IMG/VR virus record: IMGVR_UViG_3300049043_000164
Span: 1,070-65,069 of that record
From: a virus
Lineage: Duplodnaviria > Caudoviricetes
Strand: one strand, 5' to 3'
DNA: 64,000 nucleotides
Below are positions 1 to 10,767 of this stretch, in pieces. The notes beneath the pieces were generated by a model that searched no databases, was not told the DNA's origin, and worked only from the letters and a program-made list of their open reading frames with translations. The position numbers were made by a program, and so were the translations under genes. Position 1 is the first letter of the stretch. Every line of letters starts with the position of its first letter.

Positions 1-2
1 GT

Positions 3-680
3 TTAATTCCAACAGGTAGAGTTGTTGACCCAAGTAAAGATATATTTCCATCTACTGGTGCTCACCTCGATGTAAGAGTTATACCTCAATTTGGTTCTCA
101 GAAAGGCAAGAAGATTGATCCACGAACAGCTAAAACACTTCTTCAGAATGTTTTAGTTGGTGAAGATCAAATTCCTTTAGTTCAACAGCAAGGCCAAGAT
201 TGGAAGTGGAATTTTCCAGTTACGTCTGAATATGGTAAAAGGGCTGCACCTACGGCAGGAGCTTCAACCTTTCATCAGGGTATTGACATCGCCTTAAGTG
301 CTGGTACACCACTAGCCTATAAAGGTTACGGAACATATAGACCAGATGCAGGGTTTGGATCCCTACAAACCACAGATGCTCAAGGCAATCCTTATGAAAT
401 TAGGTTCTTACACACAGAGCCTGGCCAAAAAGCAGCAGTTGGTTCTTCTGAAGTTCCAAGCCCATTGGCTCTCCCTGGTGATAACACACAACAAAACAAA
501 GAAAGAAATAATAGGTTAATGGAGGCTTTATTTGGTAAACAACAGACTTTAAAAGATGTTTTAATTTCTAACGCACTTAATCAAGCAAAGCAAAACAGAC
601 AACAATCATTGCTTGATACCTTAACTCCGTATTCTTCTATGGGAATTAGTCCAGAACAGGCAATGGAATTATTTGCTTGA
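3..680 (+). CDS. M23-family peptidase domain protein (5'-partial)
   Basis: Frame 3 is open from the window start and reads ...STGAHLDVRV...VTSEYGKR...FHQGIDIALSAGTP...YEIRFLH (M23 HxxxD and HxH-like motifs), continuing into ORF 465..680. Confidence 0.7.
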   Translation, partial: LIPTGRVVDPSKDIFPSTGAHLDVRVIPQFGSQKGKKIDPRTAKTLLQNVLVGEDQIPLVQQQGQDWKWNFPVTSEYGKRAAPTAGASTFHQGIDIALSAGTPLAYKGYGTYRPDAGFGSLQTTDAQGNPYEIRFLHTEPGQKAAVGSSEVPSPLALPGDNTQQNKERNNRLMEALFGKQQTLKDVLISNALNQAKQNRQQSLLDTLTPYSSMGISPEQAMELFA

Positions 681-718
681 TTACGTCAACTTATAATAAA
701 AATTAAATAGGGCGCAAG

Positions 719-1195
719 TTGTGCAGCTCAGTGATTTTGAAAAAAGTAGAACTCAGGTACCATCTAGGTTACTACGTGGTTTCTGTTCCAGCGGGTGACT
801 ATGCTCGTCTGGAAGAAGCTATGAATACAGTTCCTGATTCGTATTTCTACGACAAAATCGTTATTCAATTAGGTCGTTGTGATACGGCTGAAAAGAAGAC
901 TGAGGTTGCATTAACACCCTCTACTCGCGTTGAGAACATTGTTGGCGACGTTGATCGTACAATTCGTTCCAGTAATGCTAAAGAAGCATTAAAAGTCTGG
1001 GACGAAATCTACCTTTACGAAACAAATCGTTTAGCACATATTCTTTACGTTCCTAACTACAAAGATCCATTTCAGGCTCGTTATCGGTACGAAAGATCTG
1101 GCGCTGAATTCATTCAAGCTATACCAGGAGCCAGCCGATACAAGTGTAAGTTCTCGCGTCTTATTTACATCAGGTTTGGCGATGATTGCTTTTGA
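719..1195 (+). CDS. conserved phage protein, possibly head-tail connector (probable indels at both ends)
   Basis: GTG at 721 gives MQLSDFEKSR, which joins RYHLGY in the listed ORF after a frameshift; lies in the structural region. Confidence 0.45.
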   Translation: MCSSVILKKVELRYHLGYYVVSVPAGDYARLEEAMNTVPDSYFYDKIVIQLGRCDTAEKKTEVALTPSTRVENIVGDVDRTIRSSNAKEALKVWDEIYLYETNRLAHILYVPNYKDPFQARYRYERSGAEFIQAIPGASRYKCKFSRLIYIRFGDDCF

Positions 1196-1994
1196 TCCTC
1201 TTTTAAGTGTTTCGACGGGAATTACCAGTCAGCTTCGCAGGTTTGGTTTATTGCCGCGCACTGGCATTACAACTGAATTTGGAGGAAATGCATCCAACAT
1301 ATCAAAATCGTCCTGTTGTAAATCGCTGAATTTTTACGCCCTGATTATTCCGGTGCAGGAGAACGTGCACGTCGCTTTCAAGAATACCAAACAGGTCGGG
1401 ATATCCCTGGAGCAAATACAGATTATTCTGAACGGTTAAAGGTTCCTTCTACTGGCGCCCCAGCAGATAGAGCTTATCAACAAGAAAGGGCTCGTGTCTC
1501 ACAATTGACAGAGCAAGATCCTTTGTTTAAAAAATATCAAGTTGCAGATTTAACAAAGGCATATAATACGGCAACAACACCAGAAGAAAAAGAACGAATT
1601 GGCCTGCAGATTTGGTCCACCACAAATCCAAGTCTTGCATCACGTTTACGTCCAGGGCAGAGCGGGCTATCAAACGTCCGCTGCAATGAGTGGTAGTCAG
1701 GTATACGGTAAAGATATTCCTGGAATCACACAGACTATGTATCAGCAAGCCAGTGAGCAAGTCGGTGCTCCAGCGGGGGTTCAATTCCCTGGTGCAGATC
1801 AAGCAGTTAATATGAATGCATTTGGTCTTGGTGCAAACGCACAACAACTTGGTGTAAGTGCACCAGGGCAGATTCCTCCAACAATGATTGGAGAAAATGT
1901 GTTTAAACGCGGTATCCAACCACCTTCTTCTGAAGATTTAACACAAACGCAACTTGCACTGCTCAAACGTGCGTTTGAAGGGCGTTTAAAATAA
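1176..1994 (+). CDS. hypothetical virion-associated protein (split into several ORFs by indels)
   Basis: Consecutive + strand ORF fragments 1176..1439, 1505..1696, 1599..1994 with consistent composition. Confidence 0.4.
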
Positions 1995-2099
1995 CTCCTT
2001 GGTAAACTAGTATTACTTGGCGCCACATCTGTGGGTAAGTCCACCTGCTGGATAACAGATCTTTTGATCTACGGAGACCAGTGTTCTTGCATTGACCTA

Positions 2100-2216
2100 A
2101 TGATTATTTGCCGTAACTTCCTTCGCCGTCTTACTGCCAAATTGAGTTTAGTTGTGGCTCTTCAAGCAGTTTTCGTCCCTGGTCTTAAGGCAGATTCAAA
2201 TTGGGTAGGAGAATAA
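2100..2216 (+). CDS. 38-aa small protein with signal-peptide-like N-terminus
   Basis: MIICRNFLRRLTAKLSLVVALQAVFVPGLKA-DSNWVGE: basic n-region, hydrophobic h-region, Ala at the candidate cleavage site. Confidence 0.5.
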   Translation: MIICRNFLRRLTAKLSLVVALQAVFVPGLKADSNWVGE

Positions 2217-2229
2217 GGAAAAAAACCAG

Positions 2230-2900
2230 ATGGCACCAAAGACTTCGCAACTCTTAGGTTTATCTAATCCTGAGCTTCATGCTGCAGCCTTTACGGCTTT
2301 GGGTGAAGCTGGTCCCGGACAAGATCCTTATGGTGTTTTTTCTACAATTCTCTCAAGAAAAACAAACGGGAAAGTACGGTAAAAATATCGTGGATGTTGT
2401 TAAAGCCCCCTCTCAGTTTGTTGCAAATAATCCTTATAGCGCATCTCAAGTAACAGATCCTAGCTTTGGCCGCAAGGTTTATGGGTCTCGTTATGATCAG
2501 ATGCTTCAGAAGTTTGAAGACCCTTCTCAGTTGCGTCCTGTGCTTGAAAAGCATGGCGGCGCACTTCAGTTCAGGGGACAATCTCTTCTGAAGAATAGAA
2601 GACCCCGAAGATGTGATGTTTAATCCTCGCGGAAACTTTTATTTTGCTAAAGATCCGGGGGCAGCAAAATCTCTTCTTGAAAAACTTGGCGGTGTGCCAG
2701 GACAATCAAATTCTGTGACTGCAACTCAAGTTGAAAAAGGAAATCAACAAGGTCAGTCTTTGCTTCAGAATATTTTAAAATACATTCCTATGGTTGGAAC
2801 AATACCAAATCTTTCTTCTGTAGAAAATATTCCGCTTCCTGATAGCCAAACATTCTTAAATACGTATCGTAAATTCTTTGAAGACGAGGATTTTGTATAA
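2230..2900 (+). CDS. SleB/Hydrolase_2-like cell-wall hydrolase (frameshifted near 2360 and 2610)
   Basis: Reconstructed ALGEAGPGQDPYGVFSTILSRKQTGKYGKNIVDVVKAPSQF matches the Hydrolase_2 pattern (EA..E...VxxVILNR...IxxVVxQPxQF). Confidence 0.6.
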
Positions 2901-3163
2901 TGGCACGTTATTCTGAATACCTTGATTATGACGGCTATCTCCCTGGAGACGTTGCCCGTGCTGGCTTAAGTGAATACCAACAATACCCGCAATTAACTAC
3001 AGAATACATACGAAATAAAAGATTTAAATTTCAACCGAAAGAAAATATTGATTTATTCCAAAACTTTTTAGCTCTTCAAGGAGATCCAGAAAGACTCTTC
3101 CGCTCAACAGCAAAAATGCCTGATACTCCTTTTGGTAATTTAAGTGGATACGCAGGTATCTAA
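2900..3163 (+). CDS. hypothetical protein
   Basis: ATG overlaps the upstream stop; 87 aa ORF. Confidence 0.55.
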   Translation: MARYSEYLDYDGYLPGDVARAGLSEYQQYPQLTTEYIRNKRFKFQPKENIDLFQNFLALQGDPERLFRSTAKMPDTPFGNLSGYAGI

Positions 3164-3200
3164 ATAACCTATAATAAAACTAATATCAGGTAAGGCTACA

Positions 3201-3978
3201 ATGTCGTCCACCTCTACCAATAAAAGTCCTCTCTTTATTGATCGGCCGCTTTACGATTCGGTCAGGGTGACAACTCAGATTGCTGGCAGTGCAACCAATA
3301 ACACTCTTTTTGTACAGGGTGGCCAGGTTCCAGCAATCCTGGTTGATATGGACGCTTCTTTAAGCGAAGACAATAACAATGGCGGTGTAATTGATTCGAT
3401 TTCTATTGTTAGAAACGATTATTACAGAGATGCGGACTACGTTGTTTCTTCTGCAACTTCTGGAACTGTTGTTTCATTTGTGAGTGGTCAAGTTGTTTTG
3501 GTTTTTCAAACTGGCGTCTTATCAACTCCAGCAGCAAGTGGATTTGGTTACTACACTTACACAGGTGCAACAACGTTAACTGGAATTAATACTTCACTTG
3601 TTTATTCGGTGGCACGAGTAGTGGCTTCGTGTTTAATGGAGTAAATTACGCATACCAACCTGAGGTAACCTTTGTTTTTTATCAGACCAGGGCACAACGA
3701 ACCCAGTGCCAGCCTCCGGTGATTACAAAGTTATCTTTGCAAAACAAGTCCCTGCAAACACCCAGCGAGTAGACTGCTCGGACGTTATGCCTGAGTTGAG
3801 TGCCCCTACTGTTTCTGCTGGCAATACCACTGGTCTTGGTAATGCTTCTCCTTTACGAAATAAAGGAATTTATTTAGAGCGTGGTGATCGTATTTACGTT
3901 GGTGTTTTTCCCGACGGACCCAATATTTCTGGTTATACTCCAGGTGCTCATGTGAGTGCTCAAGGTGGTTTCTTCTGA
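3201..3978 (+). CDS. putative virion structural protein (frameshifted)
   Basis: ORFs 3201..3644 and 3706..3978 share beta-rich S/T/G composition; TATAAT upstream at about 3170. Confidence 0.5.
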
Positions 3979-3981
3979 TAA

Positions 3982-5505
3982 ATGGCACGGAAGATTGGTA
4001 ATAGTTTTGGTAACTTTCAAGAAGCTAAACCTTTTACCCCTGGTGTAATTAAACCAATTAAAACCGAGTTTTCTAAAGGCAGCATTCCGGATTCTATTTA
4101 TGCTGCCAACAGGGAATCGGCATGGTCTCGTTGGCGAAAAGGTTATGAGCTTGCCAACGCATATACTTACAACAATGAATATACGTTTCCGTTTACTTAC
4201 GAAACTCCTAATGCTACTACCTCAGGTAATCCCAATCCTGTAATCTCAGGTGCTTTTGTTGGTTTTCCAACTAGCAATAAAGATCTTGGCATGCATTGGA
4301 GTATTTGGCGTTACGCAGGTTCTGTTAGATGTGACAAATTGACTGATCCTATAAGTAGCCAAAAGTTATTTGTTGAGACAGTTACAGAAGATGCAAATTA
4401 TTGGTATGTAAAACTTGCTGGAACCTGGAGTTCAGCTAATCCTTTACCAGCGCCTTTTTACATTCCAGTATCTGGGCAACCTGATGGATTAAAGCCTGCT
4501 AATACAGAAATTTTTGAAGACCGTATTCTTGTGTCTGATGGACCGATTATTACTAGTGACACAATCAATCCACAAACTCAAACAAGGTATGGATATGTTC
4601 AAGCCGTTGTTATTAACATCAATCAAAATACCGGTATTTTGACTTTTAAAAAAGCAGGTTCAGTTTATGTATCTCCGGATAAGCAGTTTATTACTCCTTC
4701 TCCCGTTGGATTTGCTCCAGGGAGATTTTTAATTACTGGCTCTAGGTATGTATGCACTTGTCAAGATTTTACACATAGAGATTATTCGTTTGTAATGGGA
4801 GCTGGTACAACAAAACAACAATTTCCTAGAACTGGAGTTTCTTCTGTTAAGCCTGGTCGATATGAAATTACACAAGTCAGCGGTGTTATTGACAACAATG
4901 CAATGACGCGCCCAGGGATTAATCGTGGTTTGGACGTGTATGCTCCTGAAGGATTTGAACTTGATTACACCGTCACTAATAATTCAAATATTGATTTAAA
5001 ATCAACACGCGATAATCCAGGTGTTTATCGAGAATTTGGCGCTATTTATAAAAGAGCCACCACAAATATTGCGTTGCCAGGATCTACGGCGGAAGGCATG
5101 CCCGGCTACGATGACTATAGCGCAACAAACTTATTTACAGATAGTAACTCAATTTCTCAAGATGTTATTCTTTCTGTTTCAGATAACTGGACTCCATTGT
5201 TAGATGAGTTGCGTTACTGTAAACATATTTATGCACTCAAATTTAGAGACAGACTTTTTCCGCCGGAACCATCTGATTTTCCTGTAGGCATTACAGGAAT
5301 GGCTGAGTGGGAACAAAGATTAGTTAAAGAAACTGAAGTTAAGATTCAAAAAGATCGTGAATATCGCAAAACGCTACGTTCATTATCTGTCATGGATGTG
5401 CCTCCATACAACGCTCAGTCACCCATGTTATTTCCTGTGATTCAAAAACTATTTAACATTGCAACTGATAAAATCTTAATTGAAAACTTTACAATGCTTA
5501 AATAA
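3982..5505 (+). CDS. 507-aa protein with split SWIM-type zinc finger
   Basis: YVCTCQDF ... CKHIYA (CxC...CxH) with a long insert between the two halves. Confidence 0.6.
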   Translation: MARKIGNSFGNFQEAKPFTPGVIKPIKTEFSKGSIPDSIYAANRESAWSRWRKGYELANAYTYNNEYTFPFTYETPNATTSGNPNPVISGAFVGFPTSNKDLGMHWSIWRYAGSVRCDKLTDPISSQKLFVETVTEDANYWYVKLAGTWSSANPLPAPFYIPVSGQPDGLKPANTEIFEDRILVSDGPIITSDTINPQTQTRYGYVQAVVININQNTGILTFKKAGSVYVSPDKQFITPSPVGFAPGRFLITGSRYVCTCQDFTHRDYSFVMGAGTTKQQFPRTGVSSVKPGRYEITQVSGVIDNNAMTRPGINRGLDVYAPEGFELDYTVTNNSNIDLKSTRDNPGVYREFGAIYKRATTNIALPGSTAEGMPGYDDYSATNLFTDSNSISQDVILSVSDNWTPLLDELRYCKHIYALKFRDRLFPPEPSDFPVGITGMAEWEQRLVKETEVKIQKDREYRKTLRSLSVMDVPPYNAQSPMLFPVIQKLFNIATDKILIENFTMLK

Positions 5506-5631
5506 TCAATCAATATAATTACATAGTGTATACTGATGTGGAGTCTATTAAGACTCAAAAAGATTTCCCTTTATATGCGTCCCTGGGCCTGGTAAGGTTT
5601 AAGGTTTGATTGGCCTATACGCCAGAAACCA

Positions 5632-6069
5632 ATGAAACCTATCCATCCTCCGCCTCCTGATCAGGCGATAGTAGACGACTACTTTCAGCTATCTAGACTA
5701 AAAGGATTTAGTTCCGCAGCCTGGCTCTACGGAATGATCGCTACCTATGGCGTTCATCCAAAGGAATTAAAAAGTTTTGAATGGAGTCAAGATAACACAA
5801 TCAAAATCATTACCAAGAAAAATAAAATTAAGCCGCTGCATCCCCAGTGGTCATTTTTATTTCAACTAAAAGAAAAGCAGCCTTCAAATATTGAAGACTG
5901 CTTCGATAAGATTAAAAGCAAATTAAATAAAGCCATTGAAACACAAAAGGTTTCTTTGAACTTTACTGATTTACAGCTTGCATATCAGTTGAGGAAAGGC
6001 TTGTACTGCCCGAAGAAAGAGGATCCGCAAATGCAATCCCTTTTTTCCTTAGTTCTTTCCGCACGCTAG
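5632..6069 (+). CDS. degenerate tyrosine-recombinase-like protein
   Basis: YGMIATYGVHPKEL and DLQLAYQLR resemble integrase boxes ATYGLRPxE and DLRHAYAIR, but the catalytic R and H are replaced. Confidence 0.5.
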   Translation: MKPIHPPPPDQAIVDDYFQLSRLKGFSSAAWLYGMIATYGVHPKELKSFEWSQDNTIKIITKKNKIKPLHPQWSFLFQLKEKQPSNIEDCFDKIKSKLNKAIETQKVSLNFTDLQLAYQLRKGLYCPKKEDPQMQSLFSLVLSAR

Positions 6070-6235
6070 TAAGGTTCCAGCGATAGGAGTCACGAGAAAA
6101 CGTATCTTTAAATGCGGCATAATGGGGTCCCAAGCGAAGGGTTCCATCATCACGCATTTTGAAGAGCGTCTTTTTGTCGAGCCCTAAGGACTCGCACGCT
6201 TTGTTGGCTGAAACCCAACTTGTTGATGCCGCCAT
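5963..6235 (-). CDS. HTH/excisionase-like DNA-binding protein
   Basis: WVSANKACESLGLDKKTLFKMRDDGTL...GPHY...YRWN winged-HTH pattern. Confidence 0.6.
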   Translation of the reverse strand: MAASTSWVSANKACESLGLDKKTLFKMRDDGTLRLGPHYAAFKDTFSRDSYRWNLTSVRKELRKKGIAFADPLSSGSTSLSSTDMQAVNQ

Positions 6236-6359
6236 AAAAATCAGGGCGTGTTCAGATATACACTACCTAAACAAAAGGCGTTGTCAAGGGTTTTTATAAA
6301 GTTTTAAAATTTAAGATTGGCTTAGGAATCTTAGAATAAGGTAACGGCAACTAAAGAGT

Positions 6360-6722
6360 ATGTTCAATGATGAGCACGCGCCTCTTGCTCTGCTGGTCGA
6401 ATTAACTCCAAGGTTAGCAAAAAGAAAATTTAGAGAATCTATATATGAAGAATGGGAAGGAAAATGTGCTTATTGCGAAGACTTTGCAACTAGTCTTGAT
6501 CATATTGTTCCCAGATTTAAATCTGGTTCAAGTAATAGAAACAACTTGATTCCTGCATGTAGACGTTGCAATAGCAATAAGGGAAGTTCTGAAGTTGAAG
6601 AGTGGTATAAACGACAAGAATTTTTTACTCAGGTTAGGATGGAAAAAATAAAAATCTGGATGTCACAAGAAGTTGTTGATATCTGTTGCTATCAATCCTC
6701 AATATTAAAACCGGCTGTATAA
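6360..6722 (+). CDS. HNH endonuclease
   Basis: CAYC...LDHIVPRFKSG...NLIPACRRCNSNKG. Confidence 0.85.
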   Translation: MFNDEHAPLALLVELTPRLAKRKFRESIYEEWEGKCAYCEDFATSLDHIVPRFKSGSSNRNNLIPACRRCNSNKGSSEVEEWYKRQEFFTQVRMEKIKIWMSQEVVDICCYQSSILKPAV

Positions 6723-6723
6723 C

Positions 6724-9289
6724 ATGGGAATTTCATATGATGCTAGTGCTCGCAAGTGGAATGTTATTCGCGAACAAGAAAATATTCCACGTTTAAGAAC
6801 CGATTATCCAACGGGCGATCAATCAATACCGGTGTCAGTATCGGTTTACGATTCGCCACCTCCTTTTTCATTTGATGGTTACAGTGAGCCAATAACTATT
6901 ACTCGACTTGCTGCTTATGGTATTCCAACTGATGAGAGTGGTAATCCTCTCTATCCAACACGAGAAATTACAATTAATGTAGACCCCAGAGAAATTATAC
7001 GTGTTGATCAAACAGATTTTATTGCTGGCGCTTTGCGATCTGCCGGTGTCAATGTCGATATGGATGCGTATGGAAGACAGGTAGAAGATTATCGAAATAG
7101 CGGATTAAGCAGTATTGCAAATCCAGTTTTTGATAAAGCACGTGAAGTAGTTTATTACGGTAATCGAAATAGAGATTTAAATGAGAAAAACAGGACTGAA
7201 AATGAAAAAATACAAAAACAAGAAGATGAGAATAGAGCAAAGAACGCGGCTTACGATCGCACAATGCAAACCGTTAACTCTACTCGCGGTGGTGATTATG
7301 TACAGCAAAGAGATTTAATTAGAGGGATTTCAGGGGTTAGTAATGATTTAAAAAGATCAATTGAAGAAAGCTTTAAAACTTACTATTCAACAGAAAAGCT
7401 TCAACCTTGGAGTGCTTCTTTAGGAGCAAAGCCTCCTTATGGAGAATTTGATTCAAATTTTTATAAAAATACATATCCAGACGTAACTGATGCTTGGCGC
7501 AACGCAGAAAGAAATGATGACTTAGACATACTTGGTCGATTTGGTAGTGAGGGTAGCTTTTATTTATATCATTACACTGCTCATGGTAGGTATGAAAATA
7601 GACGCGCTAATTCAGCAGAACAACTTTCTGCTGCTAATTCTTATACAGAAAGAAAACCAACAGATCTTGAGATGCAACAAGCCAGGGATCTTCAGCTTGG
7701 TGAAGGTTTGCAAGATGAAGTTGAATTGGCAATTGGAGAAAAAACACTTAAAGATGTTAAAAAATTTAAAGCATTGACGCAAGATGTTTTAAAAGAAACA
7801 ATTGCTGAAATGAAAAAAGCAAAAGCAAAAGAACAAGAATTGTCCATGTTCTCAGGCTTTGGTGCTTTTAGTGAAATCACAAACTTAAATAAAGACTTAG
7901 CTAATTCAATCCTGGGCGATTCTGGAGTTGGTGGCGTATGGTCCTTCCTTGGTGGCAACAAAGGACAAGAGTCTCTAGAAAAAGCACTTCAAGGAGTTAG
8001 CGGAATAAATAATTCTGTTACTTATAACTGGCAACAGTGGTTTGATAATGCTTTAAAAACGCGTTACGACGAAGAAATACAACTGGGTCTTGATGCTGGG
8101 ACAGCAAGTGAAAACTTAAAAATTGAAGGAGAATTTGCCAGAAAGTTTTAGATACCTATTTAATTCCTCGCTTTAATCAATCAAAGTCAATGAATGAGTT
8201 TGTTGATTACATTGATGTTAAAGAAAACGAACAGAACCCATTTCAAACACAAGATTTGGCTAATGCTGCCAGGCAAGTTGCTGATCTTAAAGCAACGCAA
8301 TATCTTAATGAAATTCAAAATGCTCCTACTCGTTATTTTAATGTTGATTTTTATATGAATCCAACAGGAAATATTGGTAGGCAGGCGGCTTATTCAGAAC
8401 AAGGCAAAGTTGTCCAAGAAGATTGGGAAGCAGCAAAACGTGGAGATTCTTATTGGACTACACAGGCGTATCGTTTTGGTGTAGATGTAAACAATAAAGA
8501 ACAGTTTGCAAAAATGCATTATCAGATTAAAGGTCAAGGACGTGGATATGACTCTGCTGAAGATTATTTAAATGCTGGTAAAATCAATGATTTTATTTAC
8601 AACGATATTCTTCCTGCTGTAAAAAATAAAATTGAGAATACTGAGTTAGTATTTGGACCTTTTCTTTTACCCGAAGAATTTGCAGATGAAATGTTAAAAG
8701 GTGTAAATCCAGATGATAAAACAACTTGGGAAGACATACTAAAAAGATATGGTCTTACTGATTTCAAAGGAACTATTGATGACTTACGTACATATATTAT
8801 TGAAGCGTTGAGAACGGGATCTGCACAAGAGATTCGTGAAAATATTAAGTATCTTAATGAAAAAAGACAGAAGCCTACTCAAGAAATTTTAGGCGTAACT
8901 TATATTGAGCGACCTGAAGATTACAAGCCAGATGCCACAATTAAGGCAGATACTGAACTTTATAAAGTATTTCAATCCTCTGGATTTCAAGGAACAGAAG
9001 ATGAGTTTTATCAAAACTTTTCCCCGATTTAGATAGATCTGAACAGATTGCTTTAACAAAAGCAGGTAGAAATGAGCCGTTAAAAACCACGGGTTTAGAC
9101 CTTAAAAATCCGTACACTTCTCTTGAAACTCTTGAAAGTTTTTTTGATACAAGCACAGAAGATACGCAGGAAAATACTAAACCAAGCACAAGCTATTTTA
9201 CAATTAACTTAGATGAAGAGCTGCCAGAGAAATCCAAATCTGGTCAAGGCTTTTTGGGTGAGTTTACTTCTTTATTTAAGGGTTTTAGT
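6724..9289 (+). CDS. large hypothetical (probably virion) protein, frameshifted
   Basis: ORFs 6724..8151 and 8190..9032 plus a downstream continuation; no gene boundary signals between the fragments. Confidence 0.5.
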
Positions 9290-9590
9290 TGATGTCTGAT
9301 AAACGTAAGAAAGCTGCTACTGCGGCTAAACTACACAAGGATTCAATGCCTTGTAATAAACCTAAAAAGACTCCTAATCATCCGACCAAATCACACGTGG
9401 TTAAAGCATGTGAAGGAGGAAAAGAAAAAATTATTCACTTTGGGCAACAAGGTGTTAGTGGTAGTCCAAAGAAGAAGGTGAGTCAGAAGCATATCGCAAG
9501 CGTAGAGAAAGCTTTAAAGCTAGACATTCAAAAAATATTGCAAAAGGAAAGATGTCTGCTGCATATTGGTCAGATCGCGTTAAGTGGTGA
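9289..9590 (+). CDS. basic phage protein (DUF6321-like), frameshifted
   Basis: NKPKKTPNHPTKSHVVKACEGGKEKIIHFGQQG, then in another frame RRESFKARH...SAAYW. Confidence 0.5.
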
Positions 9591-9773
9591 CTTAAATGGG
9601 AAAAGTAAAAGGAAACACGATTCAGAAAAAAGAATCACAGCCCAAGCTCACAAGGCAAGGACAGGGGCAAAATTCTAAGCCTTCTCATGGACGTAAAAAA
9701 TCCAGAGGACAAGGTAAAGGTTAACACTTTAATTTAATTAACACTATTATGGAAAGTAATTGCTGTCTTTTCC

Positions 9774-10439
9774 ATGGCCGATTTTTTGCGTGCCATTAAT
9801 ATCATTAAAAAATATGAGGGGTATAGCGAAAAAGCGTATCCGGATGTAAGCACTGGCTGCGCCCCTTATACTTTTGGTTATGGAACACAGTATTATCCAG
9901 ATGGTTCTCCGGTAAAACAAGGACACAGATGCACGCAACACAAAGCTCTTGAATACTTGCTTCACGAAGTGGAGCTTATTGATGATGAGCTGACGCGTTT
10001 AAATTTAGGTCTTGACCATTCCATGAAAGAGGCTCTTATTTCTTTCATTCATTCCATTGGATGGGAGCCATTTTTATATAGCGAAATTATTGATTCAATT
10101 GAAAATGAAAATTGGGGTCATGTAGCGGAGGAAATTACTCACTGGATTTTTGATCCGTACCACAAAGTGATTGGTGGTTTAGTAGATAGACGCAGAGAAG
10201 AGGCTCATCTGTTCCTTTTAGAAGTTAAAAAGCCAGTTTGCCATCCAGGGGAGATTTTACTTAAGGCATTCAGAACTTATTCAGGTGCCAAACATCAAAT
10301 ACAAGCGATCAGAAACCTGGAAGCAAACAGTAATCCTTACATATTGGCTGAGTTTTCAAACTGCTTTAGTGAAGGTTATTTCTTGGAATCAAACATCGAA
10401 TACGAAGAAACCGATACCGAGTTTGCTTCTTGGGATTAG
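9774..10439 (+). CDS. GH24 phage lysozyme
   Basis: IKKYEG...AYPD...YTFGYG...ALISF..SIG...GGLVDRRREEA. Confidence 0.85.
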   Translation: MADFLRAINIIKKYEGYSEKAYPDVSTGCAPYTFGYGTQYYPDGSPVKQGHRCTQHKALEYLLHEVELIDDELTRLNLGLDHSMKEALISFIHSIGWEPFLYSEIIDSIENENWGHVAEEITHWIFDPYHKVIGGLVDRRREEAHLFLLEVKKPVCHPGEILLKAFRTYSGAKHQIQAIRNLEANSNPYILAEFSNCFSEGYFLESNIEYEETDTEFASWD

Positions 10440-10464
10440 AATATTTAAAGATCAGCAAACAGAA

Positions 10465-10767
10465 ATGGAAGAGACAGTTCGTCCCCGCGAATTAGAGCTA
10501 CCGCTTCAATTGCAGTTTGCAATGCGTAAAGCAGAGCTTGAAGCACAAGAAATGACTTGGGATCAGCTTTATGCTGCACTTCTAAATCTTTATCAGCGCC
10601 GTTTGATTGAGTGGGCTGCTGTTAGGGACATCCTTGCTGGTGAAAATATTGAACTTGAGTTTGATTTGCCAACCCAACTGGAATTAGTTGAGTTGGCAAT
10701 GATGTGCGAAGGAGAAGAGGATGATGAAGATGATGAAGATGACCAAAAAGAGTATTCTGTTTTCTAA
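10465..10767 (+). CDS. nblA: NblA-like phycobilisome degradation protein with acidic C-terminal tail
   Basis: ELELPLQLQFAMRKAELEAQEMTWDQLYAALLNLYQRRLIEWAAVRDIL follows the NblA pattern LxLEQQFxxR...QxMSxDQAxxxLxxLY. Confidence 0.65.
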   Translation: MEETVRPRELELPLQLQFAMRKAELEAQEMTWDQLYAALLNLYQRRLIEWAAVRDILAGENIELEFDLPTQLELVELAMMCEGEEDDEDDEDDQKEYSVF

